A DNA stretch of 48,184 bases from contig CAYWPH010000003.1 of assembly GCA_964460145.1 (NCBI GenBank), positions 1 through 48,184 on the forward strand, given 5' to 3'. The notes under the pieces are model-generated. The model was not told the DNA's origin, searched no databases, and saw only the letters and a program-made list of their open reading frames with translations. The position numbers were made by a program, and so were the translations under genes. Source of the DNA: an uncultured Gammaproteobacteria bacterium (GTDB lineage Bacteria > Patescibacteriota > Microgenomatia > Levybacterales > UBA12049). This document shows, piece by piece, positions 1 through 9,456 of the stretch. Position 1 is the first letter of the stretch. The number at the start of each line of letters is the position of its first letter.

Positions 1-2425
1 GTGCATCTACTGTTACTAAAAATCCATAAATAGTTTTGCCATTTTGGTCAACTTTTTCTACCTCAAGTCCTGTTGGAGGAGTAAAATTTTTCTTCTCATA
101 GACAATCGGGTCTTTAACTGGGTCCACAATCGACTGCTCTCTCCCATCTATTTTAATACCTGTGATTGTTGAACCAAGAGGAACAATAACTCTTAAATAG
201 TTTTTATAAAATCCATTTTTACCTAAAAGTTTACTTGCATTATTTTTTAAACTAACCTTAACACTTTGAGTAATACTTCCATCATTTGCAATTGTTGAGC
301 TTTGAGAAAGACTTCTTGTAATAAAGTAGTTAACCTTATTGGCTGATAAATTTGCTTCATTTATACCAATAAAATCATTTATTTTTGTTTTATCGTTTTT
401 TCTGCTATCGACAAGCGTTGACCCAAAACCGTTTACGGAAAAAAGAGATTGCAAAGAAACGTCGTTAAATGCAAATAGAATATGTTTTTCATATAAAGAC
501 TTTGTTAATGCATCCAGGACATTTAAGTAGGAGATGTTTTTTTCTTGAGAAAGCTTTAAGCTTATTGAATTATATAAAGACCTTAAGAAGTCTTTTTTTT
601 GCGTAGACCCGGGAAAAAAGTTTTTCTCAACATGCGTACTTGTTACTGCAAAAAGATTATCTGCTGTTACGGTTTCGTTATAATCAACTACTTTTACAGG
701 ACCAATTGCTAAAAGCAGGTTTTTTACAAATGAAAGATCAACGCCAATTACTCCATCAACTCTTTGCCGCATTTCTGTATTTAAAAATACTGCGGAAGCC
801 AATGCCGACTTTGAAAAATCAACGTCAAAATTACTATCTCTTAAATACCAGTGAACCGACGGAAGATATCTTCTTATAGCAAATGGGGGCTCGACGTGTC
901 CTTTCAATTGCCCATCTGCATCATAGACGTCTAAAAGTTTAAAATTTTTTACTTTTCCTTTGTCTATATTTAAAATTGCAAAAGACCCAATAAATCCCCC
1001 GCCAGGTCTTAACTCCATATTATTTTGCAGTAAAACTAAATACGTTTTTTCACCACTAAATCCCACTATTTGCGGCCAAACATCTATAGTTGAGGATGCA
1101 AATGAAATAAGATCAGCTAGTTTGATATCAACTGATTTTGGAATATTGCCTAATTGTTTTTGTTTTTGGTAAATAGTCAGCGCGTTTTTAAAGTCGTCTA
1201 AGGCTTTTAAAAATTCCTTTTCATCTGTTTTGGAATCAGAAATTATATTTTTTATGTTTTCAAAGCTAGTTAATAAACTTGACGCTGTATATGAAATTTC
1301 TATTCCTTGATTTATCTTTTCTGACAAATTAGACAGGCTTTCCTCCATTCCTAAAATTTGCGCCTGCCTTTGTAAAAGGACTGATGAACTTTTGGCAAAA
1401 TTAAAAAAATTATAAGCATTCAATGCCGAAGATTTTGCTCTTACCAGGTTTTTGCTCTCAAGTGAGATTATTAAATCCTTTGCAAACAATCCTCCTACTG
1501 CCAAGAATGAAAATGTTGTTAAAGAAGGCAAAATTAAAAAAAATATTAAAGTAAGAAGCATTCCAAAAAAGATATTTGCAAATCTAAATTTAGAAAAGTT
1601 TTTTTGCTGGTCTTCTTCCCTTTTTATTTCCTCTATCTCCTTTTTGTTTAAATCTAATTTTTTAATTTTAGATTCAAGATCGTAATTTTCATCAATAAGA
1701 TATTTTCCATTTACAGACAGATCAAGTTGTTCTTTTTTCTCTTTTCCATTTCTTATAAAATCAATTTTTATAGAAGGCTCTATTTTTTGAAACATATGGG
1801 CAAGGGTTAAAAGACTGGGTTTTTGTTTCGGATATGCGAAAAATATTCTATTGTCTTCCCTTTCTATAAACCCTGCTTGCAAAACAGCTGTTACTACGTC
1901 ATCAAAAAAAACAGGGTTTGTTTGATTTGTTCCCTCATTTGGGATATTAATTTTTTTATCTTTAATTACAGAAGTAATAAATTGATTGATATATGCCTTA
2001 GGGTCGTAAATAACATCATTTGCAAAAATATCTGCAGTTATTACAATCTTTGCTTTTTCATATGAGCTAACATAGTTATAGATATAATCATCCGTAACTA
2101 AATTTATATTTATTGAAAGAGTAAGTACGGAGCCATCATGCTGCGCTTTTTTAATAAAGGAGGAGATAAATTCCTTTGAAATTACACCGTATTCATCAAT
2201 GATAAAAATGTGTGAGTAGGTATTATCCGGAATCGTTGGGATTTTTTTGACATAAGGAATATGAATAATGTTATCGTCTTGAATTTTTCTACTGCTTACA
2301 AAAATAACTAAAGACTCGCTAGATATCTCTTTAGCAAGAGCTTCTCCTAAAATACCAAGCTTATCTACGATCAAAATGGGGTATTCGTGTTTTTTTTCAG
2401 TGGTTTCAAAGGCAGGAATGTTCAT
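1..2425 (-). CDS. DUF4012-domain membrane protein, C-terminus cut by window edge (>808 aa)
   Basis: Absent from the ORF track because it runs off the window. Manual translation from ATG 2425..2423 (MNIPAFETTEKKHEYPILIVDKLG...) appeared open to nt 1 on a by-eye reading. The in-frame hallmark MELRPGGGFIGSFAILNID is encoded at about 962..1018. One mid-protein TM segment (FGMLLTLIFFLILPSLTTFSFLAVGG). The + strand ORFs 339..2065 are its shadows. Confidence 0.7.
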   Translation of the reverse strand, partial: MNIPAFETTEKKHEYPILIVDKLGILGEALAKEISSESLVIFVSSRKIQDDNIIHIPYVKKIPTIPDNTYSHIFIIDEYGVISKEFISSFIKKAQHDGSVLTLSININLVTDDYIYNYVSSYEKAKIVITADIFANDVIYDPKAYINQFITSVIKDKKINIPNEGTNQTNPVFFDDVVTAVLQAGFIEREDNRIFFAYPKQKPSLLTLAHMFQKIEPSIKIDFIRNGKEKKEQLDLSVNGKYLIDENYDLESKIKKLDLNKKEIEEIKREEDQQKNFSKFRFANIFFGMLLTLIFFLILPSLTTFSFLAVGGLFAKDLIISLESKNLVRAKSSALNAYNFFNFAKSSSVLLQRQAQILGMEESLSNLSEKINQGIEISYTASSLLTSFENIKNIISDSKTDEKEFLKALDDFKNALTIYQKQKQLGNIPKSVDIKLADLISFASSTIDVWPQIVGFSGEKTYLVLLQNNMELRPGGGFIGSFAILNIDKGKVKNFKLLDVYDADGQLKGHVEPPFAIRRYLPSVHWYLRDSNFDVDFSKSALASAVFLNTEMRQRVDGVIGVDLSFVKNLLLAIGPVKVVDYNETVTADNLFAVTSTHVEKNFFPGSTQKKDFLRSLYNSISLKLSQEKNISYLNVLDALTKSLYEKHILFAFNDVSLQSLFSVNGFGSTLVDSRKNDKTKINDFIGINEANLSANKVNYFITRSLSQSSTIANDGSITQSVKVSLKNNASKLLGKNGFYKNYLRVIVPLGSTITGIKIDGREQSIVDPVKDPIVYEKKNFTPPTGLEVEKVDQNGKTIYGFLVTVDA

Positions 2426-2432
2426 TTTAGTT

Positions 2433-2855
2433 TTATATTTTAAAATCAAGTGCCATATTAACTAAGGCATCTGCTTTTTTATTTTGCTCTCTGGGAACGT
2501 GCATGTAATAGGTATCAAAACCTAGCTCTTTTTCTTTTATTCTAATTTCAAAAAGCATATTACGAAGTACCGGGTTTTTTACTTTATATCTTCCAACAAG
2601 CTGAGAATAAGCAAGTTGCGAGTCCATATAAAACTCTACTCTTAAATCCTTAGGAAAACTTTGTCTGTTTTCCAAAAGCCAGTTAAAGCTCTCCATAACA
2701 GCTGAATATTCTGCTACGTTATTTGTTGCCTTTCCAATTCTTTTTCCAATTGATGCAAGTTCATTTCCATTCTCATCTGTAATATAAACTCCAAGAGCTG
2801 ATGGTCCTGGATTTCCTCTTGATCCTCCATCTGTATAGATAATCACCTTTGTCAT
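2433..2855 (-). CDS. rnhA: Ribonuclease HI
   Basis: 140-aa ORF with IIYTDGGSRGNPGPSA, NNVAEYSAV and REQNKKADALVN, the RNase H type 1 catalytic-region motifs. Confidence 0.8.
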   Translation of the reverse strand: MTKVIIYTDGGSRGNPGPSALGVYITDENGNELASIGKRIGKATNNVAEYSAVMESFNWLLENRQSFPKDLRVEFYMDSQLAYSQLVGRYKVKNPVLRNMLFEIRIKEKELGFDTYYMHVPREQNKKADALVNMALDFKI

Positions 2856-2927
2856 AGTATGTTTAGGTTCGCATTCTAAAAAAAATTTAAGAATTCAAAC
2901 TCAAATCCTATTTTCTATTCTAGCAGA

Positions 2928-4268
2928 TTATTCCTTGAGTAAGCAGTATGTAATCAAGATTGTAAATAGAATCTGGGTTTGCTGAATTGTTAAAAGATAA
3001 TGGTCGAAAATACCTATAAATATAATTGAGAATATTATTGAAAGCCTTATTACTTTCTTATCTTTAGACTTAATGGAGAGCTTCACTGCTTTAAAAAGCA
3101 AATAAATTAAAACTCCAAACCCTATTATTCCAACTTGTGCCAGGGTTAAAAGAAAAATATTATGAACTGGCTGAATTAAAACCGGAGTATTAAAGCTGGT
3201 CTTTAAATTATTTAGAAAATTATTTATCCCAACTCCAAATACAGGATTTTTTAAAAACATTTCTATGGATGAATTAATAAGACTTATTCTTTGCAAAACC
3301 GACTCATCTGAAAAACTTAGTAAAGTAAATCGTTCTAGAAAAATTGGGTTAAATAAAGTTAATAAAAAAATAATTATAATTGTTAATAAAACAAAAGAGT
3401 TGTTTTTCAAAAACTTGGGATTGAGTTTTAATTTCTTGTATTTTCTTACTATCGTAAGTACAAAGTAGATCAATAAAAACATTAACCAGCTAACGATTGC
3501 AATACGTGATAAAGAAACAAATATTCCAATTGTTGAGGAAAATAAAACAATAGCTAATAAATATTTGTTTATCAACTGCTTAAAGCTTAAAACAAAAATT
3601 GAAGACAAAACTAAAAAGCCTCCTAACACATTTGGATGGGAGAAAGTTCCATAGGGTCTTAAGACTAGTGCTCCATTTATTGAAGCGTTTGCGATTGCCG
3701 GAGTCTGCTGGTTAAAACTTCTCTCGCCCAAAAAATATAAAACTCCCTGAAAAGATCCTTGATTTAAATATTGCAAAAAAGAAAGTAGGGATTCAAAAAC
3801 AATTCCAAATCCCAAAAGAAAGACTATAACTTTTTTATTTAGTTTTTCAAAGTTAAAATAGATAAAAAGACCTAAATAAATAAATTCTAAAAATTTTATT
3901 ATTCCAAAAATGCCGCTTGCCGGATTTTTAGAAACACTAACTCCTACCAAAAGAAACAAAATAAAAAGTAAAAACAAGATGACGTTTCTTTTGTATTTCT
4001 TAATTAGTAATCTTAAAATATTTTTAAAACTAAGGAGAAAAATTAGAAATATTAAAATATCCGTTAGATAGATTGTCAAAGACAAATAGTCTACTCTAAG
4101 TCCATAAATAAAAGAAAATTGCGGGAAGAAATGTTTACCTAGCTGTGTGGGTAAAAATAAAATAAGAAGATAGAAAAAAACAAAGGGTAGGTTATTTTGG
4201 CCTAACGACCAAAACTCTCTCCCTGCCTTCTCCGCTTGATTCCGAAACAACTTCATCATCTTGTGCAA
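2928..4268 (-). CDS. O-antigen ligase/Wzy-like polytopic membrane protein
   Basis: 446-aa ORF with 10 or more hydrophobic segments and one large loop (GERSFNQQTPAIANASINGALVLRPYGTFSHPNVLGG), as in Wzy_C-type proteins. The first 77 nt overlap jag, so the real start is probably downstream. Confidence 0.5.
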   Translation of the reverse strand: MHKMMKLFRNQAEKAGREFWSLGQNNLPFVFFYLLILFLPTQLGKHFFPQFSFIYGLRVDYLSLTIYLTDILIFLIFLLSFKNILRLLIKKYKRNVILFLLFILFLLVGVSVSKNPASGIFGIIKFLEFIYLGLFIYFNFEKLNKKVIVFLLGFGIVFESLLSFLQYLNQGSFQGVLYFLGERSFNQQTPAIANASINGALVLRPYGTFSHPNVLGGFLVLSSIFVLSFKQLINKYLLAIVLFSSTIGIFVSLSRIAIVSWLMFLLIYFVLTIVRKYKKLKLNPKFLKNNSFVLLTIIIIFLLTLFNPIFLERFTLLSFSDESVLQRISLINSSIEMFLKNPVFGVGINNFLNNLKTSFNTPVLIQPVHNIFLLTLAQVGIIGFGVLIYLLFKAVKLSIKSKDKKVIRLSIIFSIIFIGIFDHYLLTIQQTQILFTILITYCLLKE

Positions 4269-4653
4269 GAATTAAATGAATAATTCTTCTTTCCCAGGGT
4301 TTTAACTCTTCAAGTATTACTTCTCTGCTTTGCGAAACTGCCTTTTCTTTTGCATCGCTCGCAAGCTTTCTTAACCATTCTTCTCTATTTTTTTTATAAT
4401 CTCCAACTTCTATTGAGACTCTTTTAAACGCTCCTTGTTTTTTAGCAAGAACTAATGCCAAAATAAGTTGCAAAGCATCAAGAGTTTCACCATGATAACC
4501 AATAATCATTCCGCTGTCTTGTGTTTCCAAAGTGAGCCTTATTTCCTCTTCTGCTTCTTCCATTTCAAATGAAGTCTCTATAGAAAGATTTTCAAAAAAC
4601 TCTTTTATGTATTCCTCTGTTGTTTTTTTTGTTGTTTTTTTACTTTTTGACAT
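4192..4653 (-). CDS. jag: Jag/KhpB-like RNA-binding protein (KH + R3H)
   Basis: 153 aa with a KH-like core (IIGYHGETLDALQLIL) and an R3H-type C-terminus (WERRIIHLILAQDDEVVSESSGEGRERVLVV). Sits in the conserved position after yidC. Confidence 0.75.
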   Translation of the reverse strand: MSKSKKTTKKTTEEYIKEFFENLSIETSFEMEEAEEEIRLTLETQDSGMIIGYHGETLDALQLILALVLAKKQGAFKRVSIEVGDYKKNREEWLRKLASDAKEKAVSQSREVILEELKPWERRIIHLILAQDDEVVSESSGEGRERVLVVRPK

Positions 4654-5452
4654 ATTTTTTTATTAAATCTTCAAGCCCGCCAAGACCTGAAACTTTATAC
4701 TGCTGCATGATACCAAAAATTGTGAACGTGTTCCAGTATAAGGAAAGGCCAATTGGGAAGGTATATGACAAAAATCCAATCATAACCGGGAAAATATAAA
4801 GCGACTGTGTTTGGAAAGCTGTTGCAAAATCCTCCTTTTTCTTTGCATCCTTTACTACCATTTTTTTATCGCCAACTGCTGCCATCATCATTTTTGATTG
4901 AACAAATTGAAAAACTCCGGTAAGAATTGGGACGAGTAGAATAACTGGTCCCATTGTTGAGATTAATTGTCCTGGGTTTTGTGCAAGGGGGATACTGAAA
5001 AAATATACATCCCAAGGCCTATCTAGTTTTAGGAAATCCGAGTACGCAAGTTTATTTACCTCAGCAACTGTATTTGATCCAAGATTTATAACTTTAATCA
5101 AAACTGAATAAAGTCCCCAGATTACCGGTAGCTGAATTAAGACGGGAAGGCATCCCGCAGCCGGATTAACACCAAATTCTTTATAAAGCTTCATTGTTTC
5201 CGCTTGCAGGGTTTTTGCATCTCCTTTGTGCTTATCTTTAAGTTTTGATAAGTGCGGCACAACATCCTGCATTTTCTTTGAAGCTTTAAGCTGAGCAGAA
5301 GTTAAGGGGTAAAGAACAAATCTAATTACAATTGTCAAAACAATAATGGAAAAACCTAATGCAAACGGAATTCCAAGACTTGAAAGAACTTTATATATTA
5401 AAAGAAGAATATTAATTATTGGATCAACTATTATTGTGTCAAAAATTATCAT
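4640..5452 (-). CDS. yidC: Membrane protein insertase YidC
   Basis: 270 aa, about 5 hydrophobic segments, GCLPVLIQLPVIWGLY and SLYWNTFTIFGIMQQY motifs of YidC/Oxa1. Part of the rnpA-yidD-yidC-jag synteny. Confidence 0.85.
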   Translation of the reverse strand: MIIFDTIIVDPIINILLLIYKVLSSLGIPFALGFSIIVLTIVIRFVLYPLTSAQLKASKKMQDVVPHLSKLKDKHKGDAKTLQAETMKLYKEFGVNPAAGCLPVLIQLPVIWGLYSVLIKVINLGSNTVAEVNKLAYSDFLKLDRPWDVYFFSIPLAQNPGQLISTMGPVILLVPILTGVFQFVQSKMMMAAVGDKKMVVKDAKKKEDFATAFQTQSLYIFPVMIGFLSYTFPIGLSLYWNTFTIFGIMQQYKVSGLGGLEDLIKKYVKK

Positions 5453-5458
5453 ATATTT

Positions 5459-5671
5459 TTAAGCAAACTTATAATAAGGCTGGCATTTTAAAAGCCTTGC
5501 CAGTGAAAGATATAGTCCTACTATCATACCTTTTTCTTTTATTGAAATTCTTGCATACTCAGAACATGTTGGCGTAAACCTACATACATTATTTGTTCCT
5601 GCAAGCTGACTCATAAAAGGAGAGAGTACGTTTTGATATATGGCTATTAGTAAATATAAAACTGTTTTCAT
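5459..5671 (-). CDS. yidD: Membrane protein insertion efficiency factor YidD
   Basis: 70 aa with the CRFTPTCSEYA motif. Overlaps rnpA by 4 nt. Confidence 0.85.
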   Translation of the reverse strand: MKTVLYLLIAIYQNVLSPFMSQLAGTNNVCRFTPTCSEYARISIKEKGMIVGLYLSLARLLKCQPYYKFA

Positions 5672-5997
5672 TTTAATAAATTATTTATTTTAAAAGTTTC
5701 TTTTAAGCTTTTTTCTATTTCTTCTTGTGATTTTTCCAAGATCTCCTTTTTTACTATAAAAACAAAGTTGTATCCTGGTTTTATCCCTATAAGTATTTCT
5801 TTAAGAACTCTGGCTAAGCTTCTTTTTATCTTGTTTCTTATTACCGCTTTTTTGTCAATCTTTTTTGAGATAATAAAGGCAAATTTTGACAAACTCTCTC
5901 CATTTTCCCAAAATCTTAAGGTAAACAGGGAAGAGATAATTGTTTTTGCGCCATTACTTCTTTTTAATACTTTCAGGCGGTAAATTTTTTTTAACAT
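5668..5997 (-). CDS. rnpA: RNase P protein component
   Basis: 109-aa basic protein directly downstream of rpmH, with typical size and position (KIDKKAVIRNKIKRSLARV). Confidence 0.8.
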   Translation of the reverse strand: MLKKIYRLKVLKRSNGAKTIISSLFTLRFWENGESLSKFAFIISKKIDKKAVIRNKIKRSLARVLKEILIGIKPGYNFVFIVKKEILEKSQEEIEKSLKETFKINNLLK

Positions 5998-6000
5998 TAA

Positions 6001-6135
6001 CTAGAGAGCAAGTTTTTTCCTACCCTTTAACCTTCTTTTCTTTAGAACTTTTCTGCCTGAATTCGTTTTGCTTTTTACTAAAAAACCGTGCTTTCTTTTC
6101 CTTTTGATTTTTTGAAGTTTTATAGATTTTTCCAT
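6001..6135 (-). CDS. rpmH: 50S ribosomal protein L34
   Basis: Too short for the ORF track. Manual minus-strand translation 6135->6001 gives MEKSIKLQKIKRKRKHGFLVKSKTNSGRKVLKKRRLKGRKKLAL*, which matches the L34 signature. Lies upstream of rnpA as expected. Confidence 0.85.
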   Translation of the reverse strand: MEKSIKLQKIKRKRKHGFLVKSKTNSGRKVLKKRRLKGRKKLAL

Positions 6136-6195
6136 TCAAAGTAGTATATCAGAGTTTACGCTTGTTTTAAAGAGTAAAATAAAAACGATCTAGTT

Positions 6196-6232
6196 TTATC
6201 CACTTTACCATCTTGACAAAAAGTTATCCACA
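6196..6232 (+). promoter_or_regulatory. DnaA boxes in the dnaA promoter region
   Basis: Perfect TTATCCACA at 6224..6232 and an 8/9 match (TTATCCACT) at 6196..6204. TTGACA at 6213..6218 lies between them, 34 nt upstream of the dnaA ATG. Confidence 0.6.
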
Positions 6233-6251
6233 TTATTAAACTCCATCTACC

Positions 6252-7607
6252 ATGAATGACTTAAAAAAGCTTTGGAATACAATCCTTGGAGAGCTAGAAA
6301 TAGAGGTTTCAGAAGCAAACTTTCTAACTCTTTTTAAAAGAACCAGTCTTATCTCTTTGGAAAACAATGTCGCTACGGTTGCCGCACCCTCTAATATGAT
6401 GATTGACCTTCTGCAAAGAAAGTTTTATGACATTATTAAAAAATCTGTTGATAAACATGTTGGGGGGGAAACACAAATAATTTTTGTTCCAAAGGTAGTT
6501 ATAGAGGTATTAGAAACTGCTTCTAAAGACGGTACTCTTTTTTCAGAGGATGAAAAAATAGACAAGCCAATTGGTCATCCTCCCAGAGTCAGAGCTGATT
6601 ACTCTTTTGAAAATATGGCTGTCTCGTCAAGTAATCAACTCGCTTTTGTTTCTGCGACAACTGTTGCCAAAAACCCAGGGGTTACATATAACCCTCTTTT
6701 TATTTATGGCCCAACGGGGGTAGGGAAGACACATTTGATGCAAGCTGTTGCAAATGAGGTCTATTTTAAAAATCCAAACAGAAAAATTCTTTACACAACG
6801 AGCGAAGAGTTCACAAATGAAGTGGTTGAGGCAATAAGAACAAACAATACGGCTAATATGAAAAGAAAGTTTAGGGAGCTGGATCTTTTAATAATAGATG
6901 ATATTCAATTCGTTGCCGGTAAAGAGAAGGTCCAGGAAGAACTTTTCCACACCTTCAATATACTTGTGGATAAAAGCGCGCAAATTGTTCTTTCTTCAGA
7001 TAGACCTCCTTCTGAGATTAAACAGGTAGAAAAAAGGCTTTTATCAAGATTTGCAGGAGGTCTCACTGTTGACGTACAATCTCCGGACTTTGAGTTAAGA
7101 ACTGCAATCTTGCTTATTAAGGCTAAAAAATATGAAGTAGGTCTTTCTATTGAGCTTGCAAAACTTATTGCCCAAAAAGAGCAAGACGCAAGGGGACTGG
7201 AAGGCCTTCTTCTTAGAATTATCACCCAAACTCAAACGCAAGGGGAAGATGAAATAACCGAGGATATTGTCTATTCTGTTTTGTCGCTAAGTAAAGATGA
7301 AAAGCCAGTAACGCATCATCCCGATGAAGTCATCGAGAGCGTTTGCAATTTTTATAACGTCAAGCTAACGCAGCTTCGAAGCGCAAAGAGAAACGCTTTT
7401 TTAGTTAGGCCCCGCCAGGTTGCAATGTTTTTACTTAAGAAAAGGCTGGGCCTGACATACGTTGAAATAGGGCATTTACTCGGGGGGAGAGATCATACAA
7501 CTGTTATGTATGGTGTGGAAAAGATTGAAACTATGCTTGAAAATTCCTTAATTCCTGATGATATCTTGGGGATAGTTTCTCCTAACCCGGGAAAAAATGT
7601 GAATTAA
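6252..7607 (+). CDS. dnaA: Chromosomal replication initiator DnaA
   Basis: 451 aa with Walker A GPTGVGKTHL, LLIIDDIQF, the sensor region, and a C-terminal DNA-binding helix (RDHTTVMYGVEKI). Confidence 0.95.
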   Translation: MNDLKKLWNTILGELEIEVSEANFLTLFKRTSLISLENNVATVAAPSNMMIDLLQRKFYDIIKKSVDKHVGGETQIIFVPKVVIEVLETASKDGTLFSEDEKIDKPIGHPPRVRADYSFENMAVSSSNQLAFVSATTVAKNPGVTYNPLFIYGPTGVGKTHLMQAVANEVYFKNPNRKILYTTSEEFTNEVVEAIRTNNTANMKRKFRELDLLIIDDIQFVAGKEKVQEELFHTFNILVDKSAQIVLSSDRPPSEIKQVEKRLLSRFAGGLTVDVQSPDFELRTAILLIKAKKYEVGLSIELAKLIAQKEQDARGLEGLLLRIITQTQTQGEDEITEDIVYSVLSLSKDEKPVTHHPDEVIESVCNFYNVKLTQLRSAKRNAFLVRPRQVAMFLLKKRLGLTYVEIGHLLGGRDHTTVMYGVEKIETMLENSLIPDDILGIVSPNPGKNVN

Positions 7608-7632
7608 ATGCCTTGTTTTTGTTATTAACTTT

Positions 7633-7706
7633 TTATCCACATTTTTATCCACACGATATCAACCTAATCTTAGGCACGAGCTCTTGCTTTTTTCCACTTT
7701 TCCATA
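7633..7706 (+). promoter_or_regulatory. oriC-type DnaA-box cluster (dnaA-dnaN intergenic)
   Basis: Two perfect TTATCCACA boxes (7633..7641, 7645..7653) and two 7/9 boxes (7690..7698, 7698..7706), all in the same orientation, followed by an AT-rich tract before dnaN. Confidence 0.7.
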
Positions 7707-7733
7707 TACACTACAACAACTACAAATAGATAT

Positions 7734-8840
7734 ATGTTAGTTTCTTTTCTTTCAGACAACCTTGTTAAAAAAATTTCCTTTTTAAATCATGCCGTATCTA
7801 TTAGAAGCCAGCTTCCTATTCTTTCTAACTTCCTACTTACTGCGGAAGACGGGAAATTAACGATTAGCGCAACTGATCTGGAAATGGGAATTATATCCTC
7901 AATTTCTGCAAACGTACAAAAGCCGGGATCGGTTACGGTTCCAGCCAAAAACTTCTCAGACCTTTTTTCAAACATCTTAAACCAAAAAATTACCCTTGAG
8001 GTGGAAGAAAACGTTTTAAAGCTAAAAGGAGAAAAGATAAAAGCAGCTTTTCAAACAATGCCCGCAGAGGATTTCCCAAAGCTTTATGACCAAAAAGGTG
8101 CGGAGATATTAAGTTTAGAAAAAAAAGAAATAGAGCAGTTTTTTACAAGAACTACGTTTGCTGCGGCAATTGATACGACTAGGCCAGCCTTATCCGGAGT
8201 GCTTTTAGAAAATCAAAGAACAGGCCTTGTCTTTGTTGCAACAGATTCATACCGCCTAACGCTGCAAAAAACACCCCTTAAAGCTTTAAAGGAACTGGAG
8301 AAGGCCATTGTAGTTCCGGCAAGAATAATTAAAGAAATGTCTTTTGTAAAAGAAGAAGATGGTAAAGTTAAGTTTTATGTTGCAAAAGAAAGTAACCAGA
8401 TTTTAATACTTCAGGGGGAGACAATAATAGTCGGAAGGCTTATAGATGCAAATTATCCCGAGTATTCCAAGATTATTCCTACGAATCAAGCAACGAAGAT
8501 AGAAATAGACAGGGAAGAGCTTCTAAATGCAATTAGAATTTGTTCTGTGTTTGCCAGAGAGACCGCAAATATTGTTAAGTTTACTATTCAAAAAGAAAAA
8601 CTGATTGTATCGGCAAATTCCCCAGCTGTCGGAGAAGACCTGGTTGAGGTAGAAGCAAAACTAACAGGAGAGGAAAACGAAATAGCCTTTAATGCAAAGT
8701 ATTTAATAGATATACTATCTATTCTTTCTGAAGAGATAGTAACTTTTGAAATGACAGGACCCTTAAATCCAGGAGTATTTAAGATAAAAGATGATAATAG
8801 TTTTCTCCATTTAATAATGCCTATAAGGGTTCAGGCATAA
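7734..8840 (+). CDS. dnaN: DNA polymerase III beta sliding clamp
   Basis: 368 aa directly after dnaA. Three-domain clamp-like sequence (LTISATDLEMG, ATDSYRL, MPIRV C-terminus). Confidence 0.9.
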   Translation: MLVSFLSDNLVKKISFLNHAVSIRSQLPILSNFLLTAEDGKLTISATDLEMGIISSISANVQKPGSVTVPAKNFSDLFSNILNQKITLEVEENVLKLKGEKIKAAFQTMPAEDFPKLYDQKGAEILSLEKKEIEQFFTRTTFAAAIDTTRPALSGVLLENQRTGLVFVATDSYRLTLQKTPLKALKELEKAIVVPARIIKEMSFVKEEDGKVKFYVAKESNQILILQGETIIVGRLIDANYPEYSKIIPTNQATKIEIDREELLNAIRICSVFARETANIVKFTIQKEKLIVSANSPAVGEDLVEVEAKLTGEENEIAFNAKYLIDILSILSEEIVTFEMTGPLNPGVFKIKDDNSFLHLIMPIRVQA

Positions 8841-9456
8841 ATTCTTGATCTATCTCCTCGTTTTTTGTTGTTAAGATATTTATTTCGTCTTTAAAATTGT
8901 TAAAGAAAGAAGCTTGATCTTGGGGCTTAAAATAAAGTATCTCCCGCAATACTCCAAGAGTTTTTACAGCTACCCCTTCTTCTAAAAAGACGTGCCACGC
9001 TCCTTCGTCTGTTGATTCATAGAATATAGCGTCTTCTTTGCCAAACTTATTAATGTACTTATTAAGAGTTCCTCTATAGTCGGCGAAAACATTTTCCAAA
9101 GCATAAGAGACAATTGAATTTTGTATTACGACAAAATTTGTAAAATTCTCAAATGGCGTATCATATATTAGGTATTTCTTTCCTTCAAGAGTAAAAATGC
9201 CTTTTGGTTCACCTAGTATTGCGACTGCTTCCTCTTCAGTGGTTTTTCCTGGGATAAGCAAGTTAATATCGGTGTATTCTGCATAGGGGACGTTTTTGTC
9301 GATTGTCTTAATGGGCGCACGATCAGCTGACTTAGTAGGTTTATCTTCGCTTGGGGTTTTTAAGAAAACAAGCAAAAAAATTCCAATAAATATAGCAACT
9401 CCTAAAAGGATAATCAAGATTAATTTTAATTTAGCTTTAATTAAATTCATAATCAT
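8821..9456 (-). CDS. Bitopic membrane protein (N-terminal TM plus ~170-aa ectodomain), last gene of the T4SS-like operon; possible VirB8-like role
   Basis: 211 aa with one N-terminal TM (LILIILLGVAIFIGIFLLVFL). The rest is soluble with no motif I recognise. Overlaps the upstream gene by 20 nt and the dnaN 3' end by 20 nt (convergent). The VirB8 analogy rests on topology and size only. Confidence 0.35.
   Translation of the reverse strand: MIMNLIKAKLKLILIILLGVAIFIGIFLLVFLKTPSEDKPTKSADRAPIKTIDKNVPYAEYTDINLLIPGKTTEEEAVAILGEPKGIFTLEGKKYLIYDTPFENFTNFVVIQNSIVSYALENVFADYRGTLNKYINKFGKEDAIFYESTDEGAWHVFLEEGVAVKTLGVLREILYFKPQDQASFFNNFKDEINILTTKNEEIDQEFMPEPL

Noticed and set aside
339-2065. Five short + strand ORFs (63-80 aa) at 339..2065
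   Set aside because: They lie antisense to, or out of frame within, the long minus-strand DUF4012 gene (1..2425). They are low-complexity, lack motifs, and are shadow ORFs typical of AT-rich DNA.
4192-4268. 77-nt overlap between the O-antigen-ligase-like ORF and jag as a possible programmed overlap
   Set aside because: More simply, the ORF track extended the ligase ORF to the most upstream ATG. The first TM begins about 25 codons in, so a downstream or alternative start is likely.
6905-7225. Antisense ORFs inside confident genes: 6905..7225 in dnaA, 7787..7975 in dnaN, 11211..12101 in virB4, 16134..16691 across the pilin genes, 26613..27272 in the 611-aa gene, 36131..36583 in the SpoIID-like gene, 39201..39545 in rpe
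   Set aside because: Each is fully embedded opposite a longer ORF with clear motifs. Their translations are Ser/Leu/Ile-rich and unstructured, and no independent start signals are present.
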